64,000 nt of DNA from Emiliania huxleyi CCMP1516. Its lineage: Eukaryota. The stretch's first letter is position 1. Every line of letters starts with the position of its first letter. A program made the translations under genes and the position numbers. Below, piece after piece: positions 1 to 11,406 of this stretch. Location of the stretch: assembly GCF_000372725.1 (NCBI RefSeq), contig NW_005202303.1, forward strand, positions 372,001 through 436,000, given 5' to 3'. The notes beneath the pieces are model-generated. The model searched no databases. It saw only the letters and a program-made list of their open reading frames with translations, and had not been told where the DNA came from.

Positions 1-555
1 GTGCGCGGGCGGCACGCACTCGAATCGAGGCATTAGCTTGTAGTACGTACACCAAAACATTGTGCTCCGCGAGGGGGTACGCCCATGCACATGCGCTCGC
101 ACAGACGTAGACGCTGGGCCGCGCACGTAAGAGGAGAGAGAGACAGTGTCCAGACACATGCACAAAGCGACTCGAGTGGGGGACCGACACGTCGGCCGAA
201 CACAGTCGGCACCGCGGCGCAAGAGAGGCGACGGAGTCAGTACGGTGATGCTCACAGGGACGACATGCGCGCCGGTCGTGCCGGGACCCCCGCGCGGCGG
301 AGTCTCCCGGCAGAACTCAGGTTCAGTGCACGGTCGGCGGGCCCGGCGGCGGGCCCGGCGGGCCGGGCGGCGGCCGAGGCAGAGGAGGGTAGGGAGAGGC
401 AGCGGCGCGGCGCTGCTGCTGCTGCTGCTGCTGCTGTTGGGCGGACGAGGCAGTTCGGGCCTGCAAACAGCAAGCGCACGAGGCAGTTGTGTGTGTGTGT
501 GTGCGTGGCGAGGGGGTGGAGGGGGGGAGGGGGTGGGGCTGTGAATGCATCGCAC

Positions 556-2907
556 CTAGCAGTTTTGGCCGAAGAGGGCCGCGAAGCGGCTCTCGATGTT
601 GAGCGTGCGCGGGAAGAGGTTCGCTCCCAGCGCGTCCGTGGCGAAGGGCGCGTCGCTGCTGCCGGCGGGCGCCTTGAGCTCGAAGAGAACGCCGGCGATC
701 GCCTTCCAGGGAGTCATCGGCCGCGCGCCCCCCGCCTTGCGCTTGGCTTGCTTCTTCACCTCGCGCAGGATCGCCATGTCCATCTTGCCTACAGACAGTG
801 AACGGCGTACGGGCCCCAGAAGGGATGCGAGCAACGCGAGGAATAAATACGTGTGAAGACACGCGAGCGCGGCCAATCCTTCGCGCCCTTTTCGAGCGTT
901 TCGCCCTTTGCGATCACCGCGTTGAGCTTGCGGTAGAACTTCTCCTCCTCGGTGAGCTCGGCGTCCGCCGCGGCCCGCGCGTTGATGACTGCGAAATCGG
1001 CCGCCTGCGCAGCCGCCGCGTCGCGGGAGCCGCCGGCCTGCCAGCCACCGCCGCGTGTGTGGCCGCCTACGAGAGAGAGAGAGAGCCGCGTGAGCGAGCG
1101 GAGCGGCGAGAGCGCCGCAGTCGCGCGCGGGGAGAAGCGCACGGCAGACGCCGCAAGGGCAGTCGTCGGGGTGCTTGCCTAGAGAGAGACAGAGAGCCGC
1201 GTGAGCGAGCGGAGCGGCGAGAGCGCCGCAGTCGCGCGCGGGGAGAAGCGCACCGCAGTTGCCGCAGGGGCAGTCGTCGGGGTGCTTGCCTGGGAGGGAG
1301 ACAGAGAGCCGCGTGAGCGAGCGGAGCGGCGAGAGCGCCGCAGTCGCGCGCGGGGAGAAGCGCACGGCAGACGCCGCACTCGCAGCCCTCCGCGTGCTTG
1401 CCTAGGGAGAGAGAGAGCCGCGTGAGCGAGCGGAGCGAGCGGAGCGAGCGGAGCGAGAGGAGGTCGGGCCGGTCTTGCCGCTGCCGAGGTAGAGCACTCC
1501 GAAGAGTTCGCGCATCACACTGCCATCCGCGTCGACGATGGAGAAGCACGGCGAGCTGCACGTCAAGTGCGACATCTGCAGGCCGAGGAGCGCGCGCGGC
1601 AGCTGCATCGCATAGTGCAGCCGCAGAGCGCCCGACGACTCGCCGAAGCCCACGCGGCTGCAGCCCTGCTCGCGGGCAGGAGAGCGGGTCGGATGGGGAA
1701 GGGGGCGGCGCGGCGGGCGGCGTGGAAGGGGTGAGCAGCCTGCTGCTGGAACAGCCAGAGCTGCACAAAGGCGGGCCGCGGTGGCTGCACAGGCGCGAAG
1801 CGGACGGTCACGGGCGCGTCGCGCGCGGGGAAAAAGGCAAAGTAGGCGGCGCTCCCGCCATTCTCGTACACGAGCGCCTTTGAGATCCCCGTGATGACGA
1901 GGAGCGACTTGTCGCTCAGCTTGAAGAGCTTGACGCTGTTCGCCGCGGCGTAGTCGAGCACTGCCTCGCGCAGCCGCGCGCTCTTGAAGACGACCACCAT
2001 GCGCGCCGGCGAGAAGAAGACGAGCGAGAAGAAGGGAAAGTAGAAGGAGTCGGAGAGCGACTGGTTGTGCGCGTCCTCGGGCCGCTGCACGCCCGTGCAC
2101 TCCTGATCCGACGTGATCTTGAAGCCCGGCTGCCAGTTGAACACGCACAGCGAGGAGGAGGCGTTGCTTCCCGGCGGGACGGGCGTCGCGATAGGCTGCC
2201 CGCCCATCGCCTCGAGGCAGCCGAGGCCGGCGGACGCGCCGGAGGTGCACATGCGCGGCTCTGGATCCGTCGTCTTTAGCATGGTAGGCACCCAATGCGG
2301 CGTGCCGGCCGGCATCTGCGGCGAGGGATGAGAGGGGTGGAGCTTCGACCGAGGTGGGGAGTGGCGGGCGAGGGCCGGGTCGCGCCTCCTTCAGCACCTC
2401 CGAGTAGAAGTCGGGGCGGATGTCGGCGGCGGAGAAGACGACGTGCGCGTCGTCCTTTGGCTTCCACGACTCCACCACGGCGATGACCGTCGTATAGCTG
2501 CGCAGCACGTGAAGCGGGGAAGGGTCGCTGTATGAGATCTGCCCCGTCTTGAGGAGGTGCTTGGCCATCTCGCAGGCCGCCTGCGCCATTTCAGGCTGCG
2601 GCGGCACGCAGGCGAACTTCCCGAGGGTGGCGAAAAGAGCCAACCACGGGACGAGCAGCGCCGTCTGCGACTCGTTGAGATAGAGGGAGCCGCCGGAGGC
2701 GTTGTGGAGCATGTCCTCGCCGGACAGCAGGGCGACGAGGGCCGCTGCCCCGCCTCCGGGGCCGCTCGTGCTCCACGACGGGACGGGCTGCGCCACTGCA
2801 AGCCGGGCGAGCAAGACTGCGGCGTGCGACTTGAGGAGAGCGTTCTCCGCCTGGATCTCCTCGAGCTTGCGCTTGAGCGTGTCCTGCGACACCGCCTTGA
2901 GCGTCAT
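556..2907 (-). CDS. Multi-exon hypothetical protein with an N-terminal coiled coil and three microexon-encoded KHxxxCxCxxC motifs
   Basis: ATG at 2907 (MTLKAVSQDTLKRKLEEIQAENALLK). Coding-like blocks lie in ORFs 1402..3510, 1563..2315, 789..1142 and 556..1365. Introns 1402-1478 (GC-AG), 1290-1365, 1179-1253 and 1067-1142 (GT-AG) keep the frame into RGHTRGGGW. The upstream exon junctions are not resolved. Confidence 0.55.
1067..1478 (-). repeat. Tandem ~112-bp exon+intron units
   Basis: Three near-identical 75-76 nt introns (GTGCGCTTCTCCCCGCGCGCGACTGCGG...AG) plus a related 77-nt one alternate with 36-nt exons at 1143-1178, 1254-1289 and 1366-1401. Confidence 0.9.
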
Positions 2908-3549
2908 TCTGGAGGCGGGCAGGCTGGGCGGGCGGAGAGAGAGGTGCGGGCGGGAGGGGGCGGCTCGGCTGGGATTGGAGCGAAACGCACGAGAGGAAAC
3001 CAGCAGCGTCACCGATCCCAATGGTCTCCCGCCGGAGCAGGATCCGTGCGGGAAGGATGTGTTCGAAGGAAACTGGCCGCGGTGCGGCACGGCGGTAGCA
3101 GCGAGGGCGAGCGGAGCGAGCGGCGCGAGCGCAGAGGAGGGTCGGCGGGGATGAGGGTCGGGGGAGGAGGGTCGGCGAGGAGGATGAGGTGGCTCCGGCG
3201 CTCTCACGTTGTGGTCCGACATCGGCGGGGTGTCTGACGGGCGGGCGCGCGGTGAGCGAAGGCGCGCGAGAGTTCGCGCGCTGGGGCAGGTAAAAAGAAT
3301 TCCGTGCAGCTGCACTCCAAGTGCTCCAAGTGCGCCGTCCTCCGTGTGTGTGTGTCCTCCCCTATGAAATACTGCGCAACCACAGACTAGTAGAGACCTC
3401 TGCGCTATCCGAGCTGCACCTTGTCCCGAGGACACTGCCGTAGCCTGACCACAGCCTCGTTTGTGATTGTGTGCGCGCGCGCGCCCGCCCTGCCTCCGGA
3501 TTCCCATCATTCCGTATGCTCACATGCATCACACCGCGGAATCCTCCTA

Positions 3550-5329
3550 CTACTGTGAGCTCGGCTCCAAGATAGCGAGCATATCGTCATCTTTGAGCTC
3601 CGCTAAAGCGGGGGGCGGGAGCGCGCCTGCCTTCCTCTCCGCCTCTACCTCCGCCTCGGCCTCTCCAGTCCTTGAGGCGGCGGGCGGAGTGGCCTCCAAG
3701 CCTACGGGCGGGGCAAAACGCCCCGAGGGCGGCCCCGCCGCCGCCAGCCCCGCCGCCGACCGCAGAGGCGACCGCAGTGAGGGAGATGAGGGGGTCGGTG
3801 AAAGCGCAGGCAGCGCCGCCCCGCTCGACGCCTGACGGTCGCGGACGGAGAGCGTGATGCGGCGAACGGAGGGAGCGGCGGCGGCGCGTGAGCGCGCCGG
3901 CAGTTGCTCGGAGGTCGACCCGCCCTCCCCGCCCAAAAGTTCGTCCCGCCCGGCCTCGATCTCCACTGCTTCCGCGCATGCGCGCGCTCGCATGCGCGCC
4001 CCCTCCGCCTCCCTCTCCTCGGCCTGCGTGCGGGTGGAGCGTCTCACTCACGGCGGTGCTGGGCCACGCGGTGCTGGCGCGCGACGCGCAGCGGTGTGTG
4101 TGGCGTGGGCACCTCCGCGACCTCTGCCGCCGTCCGCGTGCATGGCATCAGCTCTTTCCAAACGGCCTCGCGGGAGATGGCCGGCGTGATGCTCATCGCA
4201 AACCTCTCGACCGCCTCCAGCATCGCGTCCCTGAGCAGCGAGCGGCCGGGGGGGAGCATCCGCCACGTGCTCTCAAAGTCCGCCGTCAGACCAATCACGT
4301 CCTTCACCGCGAACGTCACCTCGGGCAGATCCGCATACTCGGGAAGAGGCCGCAGACGCACGCCCATCACCGCCTGCGTGCCGCCGAGCATGCACGGGCC
4401 TTTCCCAACGACGACGTGCGGGTGGTCCGCGTAGTCGACGTTTCTCGCGCGGACGTGAGTGGCGAGGAAGACGAGCCGACCGATCCTGTGCTCCTTCTTC
4501 CGCCTTGAGCCCGAGTTAGGGCGGTTCGGCTTCTTGCTGTGGCGCACCTCGCCCTCCTCGAGCGGGTCGGGCTCGGCGCGGCTCCTCTTCTTGAGGTCGC
4601 GAGGACGCTGCGGGCCGGAGAGTGTCCCCTAATCGGGGCACGCGCGCGCGGTTGATTAGCGTGGGTGGGGGGAGGGGGGGAGCACGCGCGGCTCGCCTCC
4701 CGCATCATCCGCTGCACGGCGGCCTCCACCGACTGCGGCGGCGTGTTGATGTGCGAGTAGGGCCGCCCCTCGCCAACGGTGATCCAGCCCTCCCACTGCG
4801 CCGTCGGGGAGTGGGGGCGCATGGCGGGCGGCTCGTCGAAGGTCTTTGCGACCGCTGCGGCCAGCATCGGCGAGAAGCGCTCGACAATCTCCTCCCCATG
4901 TTTTTCCTTGCGCTCGCACCACGTGCCGAGGAGAGAGGGGTCAAAGTCGCCGCGCACGTACACCTCGAACGCGTCCATGCAGTTGATGTGGGCGTCCTTG
5001 TCCCCGCAGATGGCGGCGTAGACCTGTTGGCACGCCCGAGGAAAGCCTGTATACTCCTTTCCGAGCAGCTGCCGCGCCCTCGCGAACCTCTCGGCCTCAA
5101 AGGCCTGCACGCCGAGCGCCCTTGGTGCCCCGCACACGCGGACGACGCGCGTGATGCCGAGCCGCTTCGCGTCAAAGTCGATGACCTCGAGCACGACGAT
5201 CGGGACTCGATGCCCGCCGATGCGCTCGCGGTAAGTGACGAGGAGGCGAGGCACTCGCATTTGTGTACGCCTGCCTTGCTGGGGACGTTTACTCTTTTCT
5301 TGAGAGGATTCTTGAGAGCACAGAAACAT
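3550..5329 (-). CDS. Hypothetical protein, probably multi-exon
   Basis: Consecutive minus-strand ORFs 4367..5329, 4044..4547 and 3550..4047 have globular-looking segments (VIDFDAKRLGITRVVRVC, HPHVVVGKGPC). No family recognised. Confidence 0.35.
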
Positions 5330-5500
5330 GGGGACAACGTGCGCGCTTTATTTGGCCTCCTTTCTTTTTTGTTTTTGTGGGCACTCACGAACACAACACA
5401 TACTCATAAGCAACCTTGTCGCCAATGCAGGAGCTGACTGACGGACACACGTGAACGAAACGGAGGCGCCTGCTGTTTTTCAAAAAAATAACACACCGCG

Positions 5501-5710
5501 CCTCAGCGGAGCTGGGAAGAGGACCGCCGCAAGCGGCGTGGGGTGGGTCGGTTGTGCATCCCTCCGGGCCCCTCTGCGCCGGGGATGCGTTGTTGGAGGC
5601 TAGGACGCAAGCGTCCGTCGCCCTTTTCAAACTCGGGGCCCACTCCGCTACGGCCTACGCTCCGACCCGAATTTGGAGGGCCTAAAAGTTTAAGGTGTTG
5701 CTGCGCAAAA
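5501..5710 (+). repeat. Dispersed ~210-bp repeat family A, copy 1
   Basis: CCTCAGCGGAGCTGGGAA...GGAGGGCCTAAAAGTTTAAGGTGTTGCTGCGCAAAA recurs at 50819-51024 in the same orientation. Confidence 0.9.
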
Positions 5711-5847
5711 GCCAAAAGGGGTCGGGGACACAGGGCGCAGCTCATGCCAAGAGCTAGAAGGGGAGCTAGAGTGTAGAGAGAACGACTACCCTGTCCCGTT
5801 GTTGCGTACACCAACACCACAAAAGCTCTCTCTCTTCCTGTCCTCAC

Positions 5848-6266
5848 CCTAGATGTTAAGTCTGTATTTTGTGTATTTGGACTTGGGCTGAAAACACAGT
5901 GTATTTTGCGTGTATTTGCTCCACAAAGCCAGGATACACACTCGATGGGGACCACTAGATCCTACCAGCGCGCCGCAGGCGAAGGAAATTTTGCCGTATT
6001 TCGTGAGTTTTCATTGATTTTTCGCAGCTTTGACCAACATTTGACCTTGGGAGTCGGTCACTTGAAGACAGGTAATTGAGCTTTTTGGTATTTCGGATTT
6101 GGACTTGACCATTTGTGCATGTGACTCCCTGGTCTGCCAACCACCGGCACCGCCACCACTGACTGTGTATTTGGCTGTGTATTTGCTGTGTATTTGCTCA
6201 CAGGCCAAAAAAACACAGTGTATTTTGTGTATTTGCTACCCCCACCCTGTGTATTTAACATCTAGG
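5848..6266. mobile_element. MITE, hAT-like (12-bp TIR, 8-bp TSD)
   Basis: TIRs CCTAGATGTTAA (5848-5859) and TTAACATCTAGG (6255-6266). TSD GTCCTCAC at 5840-5847 and 6267-6274. AT-rich interior with many TGTATTT(G) subterminal motifs. Confidence 0.85.
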
Positions 6267-6979
6267 GTCCTCACTCAGGGGGGTCACACAACTACCGAGT
6301 CCCTCGACTAGCTGCCACGTTGCCGACCGAGAGCGGATCTCCTCCTGCTCCGCAAGGAGGGTGGCCAAGGCTAAATTCTTGCCGGAGCCGCCGGGCGCGT
6401 TGACGACTTGGAGAAGGTCGCCCTTCCTTGTACTTGTACTTGTAGAGATGCTCGAGGGGGTGCTTTGTGGGGCGGTGCGCAGCCAGGCCAGCAGTGAGGG
6501 GAGGCGCACCCTCACTCTCCTCGGTTGCAGAGCTCGTCGGAGGCTGCGGCACGACGGGAGGGTCGCGATAGCAGTCCTCGGGCGAGCCGACGCGCATGTC
6601 CAACCAGCGCTGGGACTCGTTGTGACGGCAGACGCCGGCTGCCTCTCCAACCGCTTCTGCAGCGTCCTTCTTTGCCCGGTGCATGGGCTCGATCCGATTC
6701 CGCAGCGTGTCGTCCCCAGCGGCGGTGCTGCGCGGGAGGCGGCCGCGGGCACGCTGGGCTCGATCAGCGGACGTTCTTGGCTTCAATTTTACGGATGTCT
6801 TGGCACCAGCTGAAGGCTTGCACAGTTCGTGCACGGTATTCGGATTTTGCTATTTGCTCGTGTGGGGGTATATTGCAGATTTGTCAATGGTACCGCGTCT
6901 GCGACGCGGGCGCCTTGCGGGCAGAGCCCTTAGCCACCCTTCATATCTTGCGCGGTCATAACACGCACGACAAACACGA

Positions 6980-8115
6980 AGTCCTCGATGGCAAGCTGTA
7001 AGCGGTCGGCGGCGAGACTGTGGCTGACGGCGCAACTTCCAACCTGGCGGAGCGGTACGACTTGGCTACGAACGTATGGGAGGTGGCGACGCAGATGGCG
7101 GCGGCACGGATGCTCACACCATGGGGAGAGAGAGAGATTTTAGAAAACCAACCAGAAATCACGACTCTCACAGTGATTTGGGCTCGGCAGCTTGTGCCTT
7201 GTCAGCCCTCAGCCGAAGCTGGGGCCGGTCCCGTAGCCGAGAGAGCCCGCGCCGATGAGTTCGACGCGGTCGGGGAGGCCTGCAGAGAGGCCAGCGAGAT
7301 GGCGATCGCTGTACTTCATGGTGTCATCAAGTGACTGGCTGACTCGCCAGAGGTCGATACTCTGGACGACCCATAGGATACCACGAATGCCTGGAGGAGA
7401 GGGAGGCGAGGCCAGAGGCAGGCTCAGCTGCTCTCGGATGATCTCACTTTGGTGGCTAAAGGACCCGATGGTCCTGTCACATTCGCGTTCCGAGTCGTGG
7501 GGGTAGAAGAATTCGAGGTAGAATCAAGTCAGCACTTCCTTGTAGTACAGCGGTCCGCCAGGCTCGCCGGCCATCCGCAGGGAGGCAGCATATGAGGCAC
7601 CAGTCTTCTGAAGAGCTCAACAGCTGCTGGTAGAGTCGGCCGCGGTTCGAGCGAGCAGCTTTTGGCTGCGGGATCGAATCGCGGAAGGCCCATGCCCTCG
7701 CGGAGCGACGCGGGTCGCGCGGCGCGCGCGTGTGCGAAATGCGACAACAGACGACAGAGGACAGACGCCTAAGCGCTGTACGGCAGAACGACCGTCGCCG
7801 CAATCGCCACCGCCGCCATTTTGACGAGCAGCGCGAGCGCGCTCGTCGGCGGCCAGCCGTCGCGGGCCGGGCCGAGCCCGGCCTCGACCGGCCGCGCCGC
7901 CGCAGCAGGCAGGCCGGGAGGTCCGAATGGCGGCCGACCAGCTGATAAGGACTTTCACCATGGGCATGGCGGTGCTCGACGGCAAGGTCTATGCTGTGGA
8001 AGGGACCCCGCTACGAACGCGTGGGAGGCGGTGGCGCCGATGGCGACAGCACGGAATATCGGTATGCTCACGCCGTGGCCGTGCTCGACGGCAGGCTGTG
8101 TGTATGCTGTTAGCA
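6980..8115 (+). pseudogene. Degenerate Kelch-repeat fragments
   Basis: VLDGKL*AVGG and AERYDLATNVWEVATQMAAAR (~6980-7110); MAVLDGKVYAVEG and DPATNAWEAVAPMATAR (~7965-8055). Broken by stops, frameshifts and an inserted repeat. Confidence 0.6.
7128..7264 (+). repeat. Dispersed repeat family B, copy 1
   Basis: GAGAGATTTT..GAAAACCAACCAGAAAT..CAGTGATTTGGGCTCGGCAGCTTGT..GGGGCCGGTCCCGTAGC has an inverted copy at 16016-16152. Confidence 0.8.
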
Positions 8116-8278
8116 GGCGTACGCCATCAGCGACGGCACCCCCGTCGGCGCCATTCCTGGCGCAATGTCGTTGACAAGGTAACTCCCCGGAACATTTGCG
8201 ATAAAAAATACCTTGCCGCCTATTTTGCCAGGAGGGTCGACTCTCGTCCTTCCGTTCAGTACCACCACTGTCGACCAT

Positions 8279-10129
8279 ATGAGCGGCGCCCCAGCGGAGC
8301 CCTCGCCCGCAGTCATGGCTCGGGACGCCGCACCTTCGAGCGGCTGGCTGACCGGATGCTGCCTGCCCTGCGTCGCCTCTCCGTTTCTGGACGCCGCCCT
8401 CCTCCTCGCGCCCGTCTGCTGCGGTCTCTCAAGCTACCTCGGCATGGAGAGGACGCAGGCTGCAAATCACAACGACCTCGCCCTCTGGTCGCTCCAGCAC
8501 CCCGGCCGAGGCGCGGGCTGCCCCTGGTACTGCGGCTTCGGCTGCGGCCTCCCCATCGGCGCAGTCTTCCGCTGGTGGACCTACCTCGACGGCTCCATCC
8601 CGCTGACTGTCAATGTCGAGTACGGTCTCTTTGCTCGCTCCAACGGGAGGACGCCCTACCTGCGGCGAGAGGCCTGGTTCGGAAAGTATTTTGGCTTCAC
8701 GGGCAAGCTGACCCTCGCCGACGGCGATCGCATGGACGCGATGCTCGAGGGCGCGATGGACCGCGGCGAGTACCTTGGCCCTCACCCGCTGACTAACATG
8801 CCCTCCTTCTCGGACGGCTCCACCTCCTTCCCGCTCGCTCTGCCCTCGGGCCACTGCCCGATGAACACGGGCGCACACGCAACTTTCATTGCAATGTTCC
8901 AGCGCTACTTTTGGAACGCGGAGGCTCGGGCGAGGCTCGCACCCGACAACGAGGTGGCGAGGCGGGCCGAGGCGGAGCTCGCCACGGGCTTTGCCGCGGC
9001 GGTGTCGCTGTACGAGCGGGCGCCCGCCAAGTTTGCCGCGGGTTGGTCCGGCAGGGACCTCGCCTTCATCGACGTCTACCTGACGCGGCTGGTCTTCTGG
9101 GGGATGCTCGGCGTGGACATTGGCGCCGCCGGCACGCCGGAGTACGAGCTTGCGATGTGGGCGCAGGACAAGGTGAATCTGGGCGCGTCCTACTTCACCA
9201 TCTACGACGTGGTTCCTTCGCGGCTCGTCTCCCTCCTTGGACTGAACAGGGACAAGCTTCGCCGCCTGCACGAGCTGGTGCAAGGCTGCGACGCGCTCCG
9301 CGACTTTGCGCCAGAGTCGTCGACCGACGGGTGGGTCGATGAGCGCGAGGGGCGGACGGCCCAGATGCTCGTCGACGACCTGAACGGCGCCTCGCCTCGC
9401 CGCGTCTCCAAGGAGGAGTTCGTCGCGCAGCTTGTGCCGGTACTGATCATGGCGGCGCTGCAGGGGCCAAAGACCCTCGGCCGCACCATCGCCTCGAGCC
9501 ACTTTGGAGGCATCCGCACCGGCCGCCTCGCCAGCGCGGAGGAGGAGGCGTACCCGCTCTGCCCTCCACCCGGCTTCGCCTTCCCGTACGGCAGCCGCGC
9601 AAAGCTGCAGCTCGTGGTGCCGCGGCCTAGACGCGGAAGCCATATGCTTCAGCTAGCACTCGACACTGCGTTGCAGTCGCACTCGCTCTGTGGTCGCGGC
9701 CCTTGTATCTCTGAACACACACTGCACGATCCGGACTCCCGCCTTCCACTCCCTGTGATCACACGTCAGGTGCTCGAGACGCTGCGTGTCAACCTTCCCG
9801 TGTACGAGACGGTCGGCAAGCTGGCGGCGCCTCTCAGCGTCGCAGACTACGCCGGCCGCGGGCCCCAGACCTTCCCAAAGGGCTGCCCCGTCCTGCTGTC
9901 GTACCCGTCCACCAGCGCCTCGAGCGAGGTGTACGGCGACAGCGCCCTCACTTTTGACCCGACTGCGCACGCGGGCGGCCTCCAGGAGAGGCTCAACGGG
10001 TTCAACGGCGTCGGAACCGCCGGGCGACGCCTCTGCCCCGGGCGGGACCTCTCGCTCGAGATGCTCGTCAGCATGCTCGAAGTGTTTGGCCGAGTGCAGC
10101 GGCGACAGGCCGCAGCCAGTGCTGCTTGA
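8279..10129 (+). CDS. Atypical cytochrome P450
   Basis: K-helix VLETLR (ExxR), FPKG, FDP meander and heme-ligand segment FNGVGTAGRRLCPGRDLS. A probable in-frame 153-nt intron at 9617-9769 joins KLQLV to VLETLR. Confidence 0.8.
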   Translation: MSGAPAEPSPAVMARDAAPSSGWLTGCCLPCVASPFLDAALLLAPVCCGLSSYLGMERTQAANHNDLALWSLQHPGRGAGCPWYCGFGCGLPIGAVFRWWTYLDGSIPLTVNVEYGLFARSNGRTPYLRREAWFGKYFGFTGKLTLADGDRMDAMLEGAMDRGEYLGPHPLTNMPSFSDGSTSFPLALPSGHCPMNTGAHATFIAMFQRYFWNAEARARLAPDNEVARRAEAELATGFAAAVSLYERAPAKFAAGWSGRDLAFIDVYLTRLVFWGMLGVDIGAAGTPEYELAMWAQDKVNLGASYFTIYDVVPSRLVSLLGLNRDKLRRLHELVQGCDALRDFAPESSTDGWVDEREGRTAQMLVDDLNGASPRRVSKEEFVAQLVPVLIMAALQGPKTLGRTIASSHFGGIRTGRLASAEEEAYPLCPPPGFAFPYGSRAKLQLVVPRPRRGSHMLQLALDTALQSHSLCGRGPCISEHTLHDPDSRLPLPVITRQVLETLRVNLPVYETVGKLAAPLSVADYAGRGPQTFPKGCPVLLSYPSTSASSEVYGDSALTFDPTAHAGGLQERLNGFNGVGTAGRRLCPGRDLSLEMLVSMLEVFGRVQRRQAAASAA

Positions 10130-10529
10130 GCTGACCGCACCGCGGCGCGACACGGACCGTGCGCCCCACACGTTTTGCCCACTGTGGTCGCCGACGCGGC
10201 GCTGTGCGCCTGTGCCTGTGCGCTGACGATCTGTGCTGTGCCTGTGGGCGAGGGCTGTCGGCTGTGGGCGTGTGGCCCGACACACAACGGCGGGGCGCCC
10301 GTGAGGCGATGTGTGACACAGGCGGTGCCACGCAAAACGCAGGAAGGGCTTGTATTTCTTATGTTTGTACACTGCTGGCACGTCCCGAACCCCCGCGCAC
10401 GCGGCACACGACTGCTCTTCCTCGGCGCCTCTTGCCCCAGGCAAGGCTTTTGCGAGAGCGCCGACTCATTTGCAGCTGCCACGGCGCGGGACGGGCATCC
10501 AAGAAGGCGGCATTCACGCCTCACGGGCA

Positions 10530-10892
10530 CTACTCAAACTCCTCCTTGAACATCTGCAGCCGCTCGATCATCTCTGGCCTCGCGGGCCAGCGGTACTTGC
10601 GGTAGAGGTCGCGCTGTGCCACGTTCGCCACCTCAATCTTCTGCTTGGCCGCCGTGATCTTGACGCGAGAGCTGCTGCAGACCTCGGCCTTCACCTCGGC
10701 GTCCGGGAACACTTCCTGCGGGGCGAGGGCGGCACGGTGAGGCCCCGGGGGCGAGGGCGGCACGGTGAGGCCCCGGGGTGCCGCGCAGGAAGGAGGATGG
10801 CTGCCGCGCGCGCTCCTTGACGGCAGCAATCGCGACGTCGCGCTCCTGCCGTCCCCCGTCTCAGCTGTGCCCGTACGAGACGACAAACTCAT
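10530..10892 (-). CDS. Small hypothetical protein with a probable intron
   Basis: The C-terminal exon VFPDAEVKAEV...RDLYRKYRWPARPEMIERLQMFKEEFE has coding-like codon use. A ~28-bp tandem duplication (~10721-10778) lies in the likely intron. Confidence 0.45.
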   Translation of the reverse strand: MSLSSRTGTAETGDGRSATSRLLPSRSARGSHPPSCAAPRGLTVPPSPPGPHRAALAPQEVFPDAEVKAEVCSSSRVKITAAKQKIEVANVAQRDLYRKYRWPARPEMIERLQMFKEEFE

Positions 10893-11321
10893 GCGGACAG
10901 GTGGCCATTGTGCACTGGTGGCGAACTGGCGATGCGAGCGATCTGGACGCCGCGAGTCCAGAGAGACTCGTCCTTCCGCAACAAAGAGAATTTGCAGATT
11001 CTGGTCTAGGCACGGGACGATGCGCCCTCCCCCCTCGCTTTTGCAAAATCCTGCAAAGGTGGGGACGTGTCTGTCCTCGACCCAGCCCTAGCTTGGGATG
11101 TCCGTTGTATTTATTTATTTATTGACTGGCGCGTCTGGCACTAACAAAGAGAATTTACAACAAAGAGAATTTTCTAGGGGTATCCACCTCGAGAACCTGA
11201 ACAACGCGAGCGCGAGAGGTGTCGTCTGCGAGGCGGCGGCGAGCGCAGGCGGCGCAGGCGGCGGCGGCGCGGCGGCGCGGCGGCGGATCGCGGCGCTGAC
11301 AACGGCAGCAATCTGCGGCAG

Positions 11322-11345
11322 GCTGCTGCTTGCTGCTGCTGCTGC

Positions 11346-11398
<53 letters not shown>

Positions 11399-11406
11399 GC
11401 TGCTGC
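11322..11406 (+). repeat. (CTG)n microsatellite
   Basis: Interrupted CTG run seen directly. Confidence 0.9.
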
